Positions 23,402 through 35,102 of a DNA stretch of 64,000 bases are shown here, in pieces (within the stretch, counting starts at the first letter, position 1; each line of letters opens with the position of its first letter). The position numbers were made by a program, and so were the translations under genes. The stretch is from positions 116,620,230 through 116,684,229 of the forward strand of contig NC_092376.1 in the NCBI RefSeq assembly GCF_030028105.1. The letters run 5' to 3'. Source of the DNA: Mobula birostris (Eukaryota). Below the pieces are notes generated by a model. That model was given only the letters and a program-made list of their open reading frames with translations, ran no database searches and was not told where the DNA came from.

Positions 23402-25089
23402 AAGGTTATATAAACAAGCTCAGTGACAGGGCAAGAAAATGACAAATGGAATACAATGTAAAAAAAATTAAAGCTTATCCATTCTAGTACAATGAATAGA
23501 AAAGTGAATTAGTTATTAAATGGAGAGTGATAAGGCAATGTTAACGTTTATAGAGACCAAGGTTTGATGTAGGTGCAAATGGTAGATTAGCATTTACAAG
23601 GGAATCTGAATACAGCAATGAACAAGTCGTGTTGTACTTGTAGAATGTCTTGGCAAAAGCACCCAAGAATATAGTGGACCATTTTGACATCTTACCTAAG
23701 CAAGTATATAATTGCCATAGACAGAGTGCAATAACGATTTAGGACTGGTAGGGTTTCTAAATGAGAAGATATTGAGTAGATTGGGATTGTACTCTCTCCA
23801 ACTTCAACAAAACATACAGAAACCTTCAAGAACTTGGCAGAAGAAATGCAAGGAAGGTGTTTTTCCTGGCCGAGAAAACTAGAACTTGAGACAGGCCAGC
23901 TAGAACTTACATGAGATACAAGAGAAAATCTGCTGATGATGGAAATCCAAGCAACACACACAAATTGCTGGAAGAACTCAGCAGGCCAGGCAGTTTCCAT
24001 AGATAAGAGTACTGTTTTTTTTCTGGGCCAAGACCTTTCATCAGAACAGTTCATACCATAAAACCATCAGACATGGGAGCAGAATGAGGCCATTCAGCCC
24101 ATTGAGTCTGCTTCACCATTCTATCACGGCTGATCAAGGATCCCACTTAACCCCATACACCTGTCTACTCGCCGTATCCTGTGATGCCCTGACTGATCAG
24201 GAAGTGATCAACTTCCACCTTAAATATAGGCGCGGACTTGGCCTCCACTGAAGTCTGTGGCACAGCATTACACAGATCTTCTACTGTCTGGCTAAAAAAA
24301 ATTCCTCCATAACTCTGTTGTAAAGGGTCACCCTGAATCTTGAGGCTGTGCTCCCATCAGAGGAGACATCCGCTCCACATCCACCTTATCTAGTCCTTTC
24401 AACATTCTGTAGCTTTCAATGATTTCTTCCCACATTTTTCTAAATTCCAGTGAGTACAGGCCCAAAGCTGCCAAATTCTCCTCACATGTTAAACCCTTGA
24501 ATCTCATAATCATCGCTGTGAACCTGCTCTGGAATCTCTCCAATGACAACACATCCTTTCTGAGATAAGGGGCCCAAAACTGTAGCCAATAATCTCAGTA
24601 CAGCCTGATTAGTATCTTGTAAAGCTCAGCATAAGAAGATCTTTCTGTGATCATGATCCATTAGGCTGTAGATGCACATTCTTTGTATTTGTTCAAAACA
24701 CAGATTGATAGATGTCTGGACATGGAGTCAAGGGATACAGGACAGTGGCGGAAAATAGCGCTGAGGTAGAAAGAAGATCAACCACATTCTGAATGAATGG
24801 TGGAGCAGCCAGGATTGCTCGATGGACAACTGCTGCTTCGGTTTGTTATGCTCCTATGACAGCAGCATTTACACTGTTATTGACACCCTAAGCCCATTGT
24901 TTTGTGTTGTATATCTGAGCAACACACAAAACATTTCTCTCCACAGAATCTCAGACAATGCACTCTTTGTCCATATCACATTGTACTGTCCTGCCGTTGT
25001 CATCCTGCACATTATCCATTCTAGTGGATATACAACAGTGAACAATAAATCAGTATTCATTGTGGTATTTCTTATGTTCTCAGGGGCAA

Positions 25090-25372
25090 AAGAGGGCCGT
25101 TCAGCCCATCGAGACCATATCAACTGCCCAAGATTCCCATCGGATACATCCCCCATATCTCCCCAGAAACTTGGCTCCCGCCATTGTCCTGCCGTTAATT
25201 TACACTAGCGACAGTTTATGCTGACCTATTAATCTACTAACCTGTTCTTGCGATCTCAGAGCACCCGGAGGAAGCAAGGAAGGACATATGGTTTCCGCAC
25301 AGGAGCGCGGGATCGAACCTGCATCTCAGGAGATGTGGGGCAATTACCTAGCCGCTACACCGCTGAGCCGCC
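25090..25372 (-). mobile_element. tRNA-derived SINE in the intron after IgV, copy 2
   Basis: Head ggcggctcagcggtgtagcgg; B box GGTTCGATCCC at 25309-25319. Confidence 0.7.
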
Positions 25373-25410
25373 ATTTCTGACACAGAATCATGTAATATTG
25401 AGCTGCTTAT

Positions 25411-25691
25411 CGTCCAAAACCAGGAGATTCAAATTAGTTTTCAAATCATTATGTCGTCCCGGAATCCGCACACGGCAGCAATACCAGCCGCTATCTTCTC
25501 TCTGTAGATCATTTATAGTGAGCGACACATCTCCTGCCGCAATTCTACCACCAAGTTTATATCTCTGGGATGTTACAGAAGTTACTCTGTCTCCATTTGT
25601 TCTAATCAACCCGTGGCCACAGGCGCTAAAAGGACACTGTCCCCAAACCCCAGCACATCTCACTTTTTACATATGTTCCGACAGAATAGCG
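25411..25691 (-). pseudogene. TIM IgV unit B' (5'-truncated, donor GT>AT) of copy 2
   Basis: Same frameshift as unit B; 3' part QREDSGWYCCRVRIPGRHNDLK; ends GAC G|ATAAG. Confidence 0.9.
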
Positions 25692-25748
25692 GCTACACCA
25701 CTATGCCGCCATTTCTGACACAGAATCATGTAATATTGAGCTGCTTAC

Positions 25749-26029
25749 CGTCCAAAACCCGGAGATTCAAATTCGTTTTCAGATTATTAAACGGTCCCGG
25801 AATCTCCACACGGCAGCAATACCAGCCGCTACCTTATCTCTGTAGATCATTTATAGTGAGCGACACATCTCCTGCCGCAATTCTACCACCAAGTTTATAT
25901 CTCTGGGATGTTACAGAAGTTACTCTGTCTCCATTTGTTCTAATCAACCCGTGGCCACAGGCGCTAAAAGGACACTGTCCCCAAACCCCAGCACATCTCA
26001 CTTTTTACATATGTTCCGACAGAATAGCG
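25749..26029 (-). pseudogene. Chimeric TIM IgV unit (B 5' half plus A 3' half) of copy 2
   Basis: CPFSAC-type 5' half with frameshift joined to TAA (25834-25836) and EIPGPFNNLK 3' half. Confidence 0.88.
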
Positions 26030-26086
26030 GCTACACCACTATGCCGCCATTTCTGACACAGAATCATGTAATATTGAGCTGCTTAC

Positions 26087-26434
26087 CGTCCAAAACCCGG
26101 AGATTCAAATTCGTTTTCAGATTATTAAACGGTCCCGGAATCTCCACACGGCAGCAATACCAGCCGCTACCTTATCTCTGTAGATCATTTATAGTGAGCG
26201 ACACATCTCCTGCCGCAATTCTACCACCAAGTTTATATCTCTGGGATGTTACAGAAGTTACTCTGTCTCCATTTGTTCTAATCAGTTCATCTCCACAGTT
26301 CATAACACCACACTGTCCCCGGCCCCAGCACATCTCACTTTTTACATATTTTCGGACAGAATAGCGGCACGGCAGTGTGATCGACTGTCCCGTGACTCCT
26401 CGCACGTTTGTCCCAGAGACGAAGGCGACTCGAC
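26087..26434 (-). pseudogene. TIM/HAVCR-family IgV exon A', copy 2, with premature stop
   Basis: 348 nt, AG/GT intact, MCWGRGQCGVMNC...DLQR*GSGWYCCRVEIPGPFNNLK; TAA at 26172-26174. Confidence 0.92.
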
Positions 26435-27126
26435 CTGAAACAATCCAGGAAAGAAAGTTACAGATGGCGCTGAATGAGATGATCAGACGGGTGTGTCCAC
26501 AGTTTAGAAACTTGCCCGAGCAACGGGAATGTGATCCATTTTACCTGCCGGGCGGCATCTGAGGAATATTACGGAAAATTTCTATGTATTCAAGGGGATG
26601 TGGATATTATTAGGTATTCCTGACATCCTGAAACACCCACCCCTCAGCTGACCCGGAATACGATGTGGTGATCGCATTGCATTTCTGTAGTTTTGACACA
26701 ACTGATAGTCATGCGGTAACATTTCAGAGAGCTGTTCAGTCACTGACACAGAAACATGCAGGAAAGGTACGAAGATCCGATTGTGATCTCGAGTATTGAA
26801 ATCATTGTCCTCTCTTGCCATTTTGGATCTGGGATTCATTTTCCCACTCACATACCTACTGTGCTCCCAAACCTTCACCGCAATGATCAGGGGATATTCC
26901 GAGCTTTGGTCTTGTTTCATGGTCCATTCAGATCAGCAATGATCAGTCCTCCAAGTTCACTCACCCCGTCAGTTCACCTCCACCACCACCTCCGCCCCAT
27001 TAATATCTCGGCTGTACCCTCCTGGGTCCCTCACTCACACACAGACTCCATCTCAATTATTGCATCCAGGAGGTTAAAGCAACAAGACTGAACAAGCTAA
27101 TTCGATTCCTGCTTTCAGAAACGTAC

Positions 27127-27178
27127 CTAACAGAAGTAACATCATTAACAAATGAGCCACAACGTCAGTAACAGCCAT
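27127..27178 (-). CDS. Signal-peptide exon 1 of TIM copy 2
   Basis: MAVTDVVAHLLMMLLLL+G, GTACGT donor, phase 1. Confidence 0.85.
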
Positions 27179-27624
27179 CGCGCCGGACACTATTGATGGG
27201 CCTGGTCTAGGTGGGCTGGGTCAGCGTCAATGTCTCACTGAACTGAATGATGGCATGATCTTCCAGATGCTCATCTGCAATCTGTACACGATCACAACTT
27301 TAAGCATTCAAAGATCGCAACTGTGTGCAACAGCAAAAAAAAACACAAATAAATCAACTTTTCTGAAGTAATCCTACAAGAGCTTTACGAAAGCACTTCC
27401 ATATAGCTGACAATTTCAGTGACATTTCTCCCCATATTAACCACATGTTCAGCACTTCAGTCATGGGCATGCAAAACCTCTGTAGAAAGTGCAAATCGTT
27501 ATTTTGTGAGTCACACAAGGAAGGACAGTGATGCATAATTTACTCATATCAGATCAACACAATAAAGGTTGTGGACAAAATTCATGCTGCTTTCACACCA
27601 ACCAGCCCTGATCACAAAGTTCAT

Positions 27625-28330
27625 CTGTTCTTCAGCCTTCTGCCTAATTCCCGAAACTCACACTTCAGGACCTCATCCCTCTTCCTGCTTATGTCGTTGG
27701 TCCCAAAATGTATCATGACTTCTGGTTGCTTTCCCTTTCGTATCAGGATGTCGTGCACCCGGTCAGAGACATCCCGGACCCTGGCACCCGGGAGGCAACA
27801 AACCATGCGGGTGTCCTTCTCATGTCCACAAAATCTCCTGTCTGCTCCCCTGACTGTAGAGTTTCCAATGACGACAGCTCTCCTCTTCTCCGTCCCACCC
27901 TTCTGTACCACAGGGTCAGACTCAGTGCCGGAGGCCCTGCCACCATGGCTCACACCTGGTCGGTCGTCCCTGCCAACAGTATCCAGGACGGTAAACTTAT
28001 TATTCAGGGGAATGGCTACAGGGGTGCTCTGCACTACCTGGCTGCTCACCTTCGCTTTCCCCCCTCTGACTGTCACCCATCGACCTGCTTCCGACAGCCT
28101 AGGTGTGTCTACCTCTCTGTAGCTCTCATCTATGACTGCCTCATTCTCCCTTATGAGTCGAAGGTCATCCAGCTGCTGCTCCAGATTCCTTATGCGGTCT
28201 TCCAGATCGCCCAGCCGTATGCACTTCTGGCAAATGTGACTCTGCGGGAGAGGGGAGTTCCCCCAAGACTGCTACATCTCATCACCGTCTCAGGAAACAT
28301 TGTAAAGCTAACTGCAAGCTAGCTTGTCCT
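27625..28330 (-). mobile_element. CR1 ORF1 (SGNH esterase) fragment
   Basis: ORF 27621-28076 RRAVVIGNSTVRG..CCLPGARVRDV..HFGTNDI. Confidence 0.85.
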
Positions 28331-28389
28331 CTGCCTCTTCTCGTCGAAGCCTCTTGAGTCAAAGCCTCAAAGCTCCACTCCTTCACTGG

Positions 28390-29290
28390 CCCACTCACAC
28401 ACTGGCCGTTTTCCAAACAATAGGATCTCCAAGAAAGGAATGCCAAGTGATTCTCACCAAAATGATTGTCCAATGGATTGCAGATACTGTCGATGTGTGC
28501 TTGCAGAAAGAGAAAATTACCTTCAAGAGGAAAAGAGGCTGTACTGACCAGAACTTGATGCTGTGTAACATCACAGAACAGTTTACAGAGTGGCAGTGAC
28601 AACTGTATGTGAATTTTGTGGACTTTGAAAAGCCTTTTGATAGCATTCACAGGGAGAGCCTCTGGCGAACTCTCAGATCATATGGAATCCCTTCCAAAAT
28701 TGTTTGTTCAGCTTATCCAGAGTTTGTATGCTAATTTCACCTGCACAGTTTGGACTGCAATTTGAGCTTTGAAGTCAAGACGGGAGTCAGGCAAGGCTCT
28801 GTGATGTTGGCGATATTATTTACCCTGGTGATTGACTGGGTTATGAGGCAAGCAACGAAAAATAAGCAGAGAAGCATTAGGTGAACAACTATTCTCAACT
28901 TTAGAAGATCTTGACTGTGCAGATGACCTTATATTACTATCACATTCATACCAGCACATGGCAGGAGGAAACTCACCACTTGTGTTCCTTTGGTGGACAG
29001 GCTGGACTCAGAGTCAGCCAGAGAAAGAGTGAGACTATGACCCTCAATGTAAAGTCTCCTCCTCCTGTCAAGGCATGTGATATGGCTTTGACTTATCCAG
29101 CACCGGCAGATTCACCTACCTGAACAGCATCATTTGGCAGGATAGTGGGACCAAGAACGACATCCAGCACTGGCAGACCCAGCAAAGCAAGAAATGCCTT
29201 CAGATCAACGAGAAACATATGGAGATCAACCAAGTACAGCATCTACACCAAGGTGAAGCTGTACCAGAACTGTGATCTGTCCACACTCTT
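28390..29290 (+). mobile_element. Decayed RTE-clade LINE RT fragment
   Basis: RGCTDQ, YVNFVDFEKPFDSIHRESLWR, GVRQG, and gcagatgac (ADD) remnants. Confidence 0.75.
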
Positions 29291-29416
29291 CCAGGCAACC
29301 CTACCCTGAAGAAGTTTAAATCTTCTCCTCAATGGGAGTTCAGTGAGACCCTCTCTCATTGCCCCCCCCTCTGTGATCTCTGTTGCCCTCAGACTCTTCG
29401 AGAATTTACTTCATGG

Positions 29417-29649
29417 TGTTGTGTATCTGATATGTCATTAATATTTGAGTAATGTCGTACCTATATTGTTTGATTAAGCATTCTTGTTCACTTAAATAAT
29501 TCATTATGGATTATATGTGAAAGTATGTTAATTGCATACGTCACCACGGTACCACATGATACATTTTTGCCTCGCATGAAGTAAATAAACAGGTATTTCA
29601 GACTCCCTGTGTCTTCCTTTGAATTAGTTTCTTGTTACAGAACATAACA
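29417..29649. mobile_element. Possible short solo LTR
   Basis: TGTTGTG...CATAACA termini, AATAAA inside; flanks catgg/gacgg only partly match. Confidence 0.3.
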
Positions 29650-29739
29650 GACGGGAGTTCAGTGAAACCCCCTCATGTTGCTTCCCCTCTGTAATCTCCA
29701 CTGCTGTCAGGCTCTCTGACCACGTATTCACCCAGACTC

Positions 29740-29935
29740 ACTACCACAGCGTCTCCCTCCCCACCCAGCTACATACATTCCCCCTCAGCTGGCTTGTACT
29801 CCTTCCTCTCCCACACCTCCTTCCCCCTTCCTTTCAAGTCCTGATGAAGACTCTTAGCTCAAAATATCAACTCTTTATTTCTTTCCATTGATGCTGTCTG
29901 ACCTGCTGAGTTCCTCCAGCATTTTGTGTATTACT
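29740..29935 (+). mobile_element. Penelope pLTR fragment with decayed hammerhead
   Basis: agtcCTGATGAaga...AAAA (GAAA lost), followed by gatgctgtctgacctgctgagttcctccagc. Confidence 0.65.
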
Positions 29936-30950
29936 AACTAAATAAATAAATAACACAAATCCCTGGAAAGTGACTTCATAGGTTGTGAAATGCACTCAGG
30001 GTTGAGGTGAGTCAGGTAATGCATGCTGGTTCAAGAGTCTGATGGATGAAGGATAATAACTGTCCCTGAACCTGGTGGTCAGTGACTGGGCAGTGTTGGA
30101 GTTTAGCAAAATGGTACACAAGCCGATTCAGACCAACGTGTAGGTACAAATGACTGGTTATCCTTGATTAATGAGAGTTTCACTGCAGGAGTAAGGAAGC
30201 AAAACTTCAGTTATATGGGGCCTGGACTTGTTCTCTGTTGTAGTTTTGGTTTATTGTCAAAAGAAAGGATTTACTTACCATAGGGAGAGCACAGGGAAGA
30301 TACTGTTCTAGTGGGTTCTTCTAAGAGGAGAAACTGAGTCGAGTGTGACTGTAATTTCAAACTTAGGAGAACAGGAGAACAGAACAAAAACATTGGAGAA
30401 AATGGTAGGGTAGGTGTCGGGAAAGATTATGGAACTTGGGATAGGCCAGCTGAGATATAGATGAGAGGAGCTTTCTGGGGTGGTGCAGAAGCTCAGTTAT
30501 TGTGTTTGTTCTAATCACAGATTGATAGACATTTGGACATGGAGTCCAGAGATAGGGGGTAGTGCTGGAAAATCGCAGTGAAGAGAACCATCCAGCACAT
30601 CGAGATTATATCATCTGTCCATATGTTCCTGTTAGATGCACTCCACACTATCTTCATGGAACCTTTCTCCCACAGCTCCCTGTTATTCCCCTGCCATTCA
30701 TCTACACTAGAGGCAGTTTACAATGTTTTTACAATGCAATAACAATATTTCGGTCAGGATAGAAGTCACTCTTCACCAATGGTGTTGTGTGTCTTGCTGT
30801 GAAATATTCACTTCATGTTTCTTCTCGGCTTTCAAATCAAATGTGAATGTTGGACAGAAAGTTAACAGCAATTCAAGTGTATTTGTTGAACCATCACAAC
30901 CGCTGCTTCACATTTAATTCCAACCATGTTGCCATACACCTAGACTCACC

Positions 30951-31817
30951 TGTTACGTACCCCGTAACTGGGTTGCCAAACCAGCAGAAATGGATCACTC
31001 AGTTGGAGTCTGGATTACTAGAACTAAGAAGGTTTTATTAAAGAAACAAGCAACACAGTACTCTAATCAAAAGGGTAATGAATGCAACAGTTCAGCAATG
31101 ATAAACATACATGTACACAGAATTAAGATAACAGGATCAATCAAGCTGTATCGTTGTCTAGGGGTAAATGACCAGTTTCAAAGCGACGCAAAGTTCAGTT
31201 CAATTTAGTTCAGTTCAGTTCTCAGTAATCGCTGCTGTGGCGATGGACAGTGGGGGGAAGGAGAGAGAGAGCAAAACGAATGAATATTCAAAACGACTTC
31301 CACACAGACCTTCGCAGTCAGCTTTCGGGCGAGTCCTTTGTGATGTCATCTGAGGTCACCGACCGTGACCCCTCCGTTTCCAGATACGATCGTTTCTCTG
31401 TGGTGAACTCAGCACCCAGGCAAGGGTGGACACACACCAGGTTCCCGCCGACTGTGCCTTTCCACCCTGTGCGTCTATGGCCCGGTACTTCCCACTGACT
31501 TGTGAGAGACACACCGCTTCCAGGGTCTTGTTACCTCGAGTGTCGTGTGTCCTGCCTTAGCGAACCTGTCCCTTTTTATCCCCCTGCTGGGGTATCGCCT
31601 GTCCATCACTTCAAACAGTTCAGGGTTCAAAGGGTGAGCCGCTCTTGACAGCTCTCCTTCTGTTAAACTCTCCCGTCCCTTCATTAACATCTCCAAGTGC
31701 TGCTCCATTGTTTTCCTTATCTCTCTCTCTCCTGAAGACAGGTGGCAGACCAACTGCTGATTCCACTGGTGCCAGCACAGGACAGCTACATCTTAATCTA
31801 TGTGTATTCTTGTCACA
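30951..31817 (-). mobile_element. Solo LTR with 4-bp TSD
   Basis: TGTTAC...GTCACA termini; CACC on both sides (30947-30950, 31818-31821); TTTATT near left end suggests minus orientation. Confidence 0.85.
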
Positions 31818-32590
31818 CACCCAGCAGACAGTGAGCACCTTGATTCTGTGTGGGTTAGGTTGATTAGGTTGTCAGAATAGCCTCCACATATTGACATGAT
31901 GACTGTTCCTAAGAAGCATGTCTCTCGCCTTTGTGACAAACTCAGGTGATTAAAACATGCATCCAAGATTCAATCTTCCTCTCTGTACACTACAGCACAG
32001 TCACACAATGCGGTTCTTCAGGTCATCTTTAAAGTTACTGTAACCCAGGTTAGTTAGACCCAAAGATGCAATGTTAGAAAGCTTCACTTGTGGAGGGGTG
32101 TAAATGAGGTTTACTGAATTCAAAAAAGAAAGAACTTGAAAAAATAGCTATATGAGTACAAGATGTGGCTGACGCAGGCGTAGACAAACGATAGAAACGT
32201 GGCAAACTAGAAACTAACTAAAGGTATAAACTGCTAAAAGTTGAATTACTAGTTAATATCTCTACCCTACTTATTGGAACTCCTCAGGGTGAAACTCCGG
32301 GAGGAGAGACGATATTGATAAAACATTTATTGAAGTTTTGGCTATAATGAGCACCGGCTCTAGTGAGACAATGTCAGCAGAGAGTAGAGTCCAAGATCTC
32401 TACCGTGTGACAGGAAATTAGTTCTGAAAATCATTGACTTGTGGGGGTTTGCCTTATTCTGACTGTCGAAATTTGCTTCCGTTGTGATTAGTTAGTTTAG
32501 AAAGAGCAGGATCTTTTCCCATTGGATAACTGCCTGGTGTCCAATTTCAAATATCCTGGGTATATACAATTGCACATGGAAGAGGCTTTC

Positions 32591-34060
32591 AAGTCAAGTT
32601 AAGTCACTTTTTATTGTCATTTCGATTGTAACTACTGGTACAGTACACAGTAAAAACGAGACAACGTTTTTCAGGACCATGGTGCTACATGAAACAATAC
32701 AAAAACTACACTGAAGTACATAAGACAACACAAACACTACACTAGTCTACAGACCTACCCCGGACTGCATAAAGTGCACAAAACAGTGCAGACATTACAA
32801 TAAATATTAACAAGACAATAGGCACAGTAGAGGGCAGTAGGTTGGTGTCAGTCCAGGCTCTGGGTATTGAGGAGTCTGATGGCTTGGAGGAAGAAATTGT
32901 TACATAGTCTGGTCATCAGAGCCAGAATGCTTCAGTGCCTTTTGCCAGATGGCAGGAGGGAGAAGAGTTTGTATGAGGGGTGCGTGGGGCCCTTCATAAT
33001 GCTGTTTGCTTTGCGGATGCAGTGTGTAGTATAAATGTCTGTAATGGCGGGAAGAGAGACCCCAATGCTCTTCCCAGCTGACCTCACTATCCGCTGCAGG
33101 GTCTTGCGATTCAAGATGGTGCAATTTCCAAACCAGACAGTGATGTAGCTGCTCAGGATGCTCTCAATACAACCTCTGTAGGATGTGGTGAGGATGGTGG
33201 GGTGGGAGATGGACTTTTCTCAGCCTTCACAGAAAGTAGAGATGCTGCTGGGCGTTCTTTGCTATGGAGCTGGTATTGAGGGACCAGGTGAGATTCTCCA
33301 CCAGGTGAACACCAAGGAATTTGGTGCTCTTAACGATCTCTACGGAAGAGTTGTCAATGCTCAGTGGAGAGTGGTTGCTCCATGTCCTCCTGAAGTCAAC
33401 AACCATCTCTTTTGTTTTGTTCACATTCGGAGACAGGTTGTTGGCTGTGCACCAGTCCGTTAGCTATTGCACCTCCTCTCTGTATGCTGAATCATCGTTC
33501 TTGCTGATGAGACCCACCACGGCCATGTCATTGGCGAACTTGATGATGTGATTCGAGCTGTGTGTTGCAGCACTATCGTGGGTCAGCAGAGTGAACAGCA
33601 GTGGACTGAGCACACAGCCTTGGGGGGCCCCCGTGCTCAGTGTGATGGTGTTGGAGATGCTGCTTCTGACCCGGACTGACTGAGGTCTCCCAGTCAGGAA
33701 GTCTAGGATCCAGTTGCAGAGGGAGGAGTTCAGACCCAGTAGGCTCAGCTTTCCAATCAGTTTCTGAGGCATGATTGTGTTGAATGCTGAAATGAAGTCT
33801 ATCAACAGCATTCGAACGTACGTGTCTTTTTTGTCCAGGTGGAGGGTGATGGCAATGGCGTTGTCTGTTGAACGATTGGGATGGTACAGGAACTGCAGTG
33901 GGCCCAATGAGGCGGGCAGCAGGGTCTTGATGTGCCTCATGACGAGCCTCTCGAAATACTTCATGATGATGGATGTGAGTGCAATGGGACGGTAATCGTT
34001 GAGGCAGGACACTGAAGACTTCTTCGGCACGGGGTTGATGGTGGTGGAGTTGAAGCAAGT
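32591..34060 (-). mobile_element. Rex1/Babar LINE inserted in the ERV 5' LTR
   Basis: ORF 33464-34030 [37 protein letters not shown]; (ttgac)-like tail at left; empty site in 3' LTR at ~39677. Confidence 0.92.
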
Positions 34061-34301
34061 TCTCTCTTCATCCTTTGTTTAAGGCAAGGATGCACATGAC
34101 GATTAGGAAGGTATGTTCTGCACGTAATTTTAACTAAGTATGTTTGTTGAGTAGTCAGCTTTATAATATCTGTAACTCGGGGAACATGAATGTTTGGTCA
34201 AATTTTTATTATTTGTAAATAACTAATTAATATATCCATTCAAAGTCAGTGTATTTTCTGTCTTACTTTCTGGACTCATATACCTGATATAATATTAAAC
34301 T

Positions 34302-34319
34302 TGGCACTGCAAGCAGAGT
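34302..34319 (+). promoter_or_regulatory. Putative primer-binding site (tRNA-Ser-like)
   Basis: TGGCACTGCAAGCAGAGT directly after the 5' LTR; resembles the complement of tRNA-Ser 3' ends as recalled, not verified. Confidence 0.5.
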
Positions 34320-35102
34320 ATGGCTTTTTGAGCAGAAATACATTTCTTTAAGAGGTTATTTAAAAGAGATGACTCTCCATTTGAGAGATGCAGAGACCAG
34401 GGTGGACAAATAATAGTGCAGGGTTTGGAAGTCTTGCTAACCTGCTGATGGGTTATGGATGCCAGTAAATCGGTCAGACCAGTTAGATTTCACTGGGGTT
34501 GAAATAGGACATCATATTTTTTCTATACTTAAATCATTGGGTTTTCCCAGGAGGAAAGAGAGCCGGCGGGATGCTTTCTGTCTTTTTGCAGCAATAGTAA
34601 GGCATCAGCATAAAATAATAGCGAGTCTAAAGAATGAATTGGAAGGTCTCAGTCAGTGTTGTATTATTCTGAGTGAGTCACTATTGGTGGCTCACAGTGG
34701 GCTGTGAAGTTAGAAGATATGAATACACAGATAGCCTGCTGGCTAATAAAAGAATTTCAAGAGGGCCTGAAGGGCCAACTGGGAACCTGTACTTTTAAGG
34801 CTTGAGCCATGTTGAGATAGGGCGATGATCCTACTGTGGGTCTGGGAGATGGCGATGTCTGGATGGATGATGAAAATGAGGGGGAGAGAGAGTAGAGTGG
34901 ACCCCTCCGTTTAATCCTCGAAATGATCGCCCTCTCCCTTTTGTGTCCAAAACAGTACAGGCCAGGCCAGTAATTACGAGTTCCAACACCCGCCGTGGGG
35001 GTGGGGGCATCAATCTGCAGCTTCTTCCTCTCAAGAAGGGGAGGGGAAGCAGGCTCAGGAATGTGTGGGGGCAGTGTAAAGGACACCTTTGAGACAACAG
35101 AG

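Larger units (their letters stand above)
17161..27191 (-). repeat. Segmental duplication unit 2 of the TIM cluster
   Basis: Paralogous to 8463-17160; similarity to copy 1 stops abruptly at ~27191. Confidence 0.9.

Noticed and set aside
29335-29700. ~50-bp direct repeat (gggagttcagtga...) resembling short LTRs
   Set aside because: No TG/CA termini, PBS or PPT; more likely a local tandem duplication.
30940-31850. Possible 25-nt exon whose GTGAGT donor would be split by the solo LTR
   Set aside because: No homology or phase link to any gene model; may be coincidental.
32530-32570. FKYxG-like peptide suggesting an L1 RT remnant
   Set aside because: Better explained as the LTR promoter (ATTGG then TATA), repeated in the 3' LTR.
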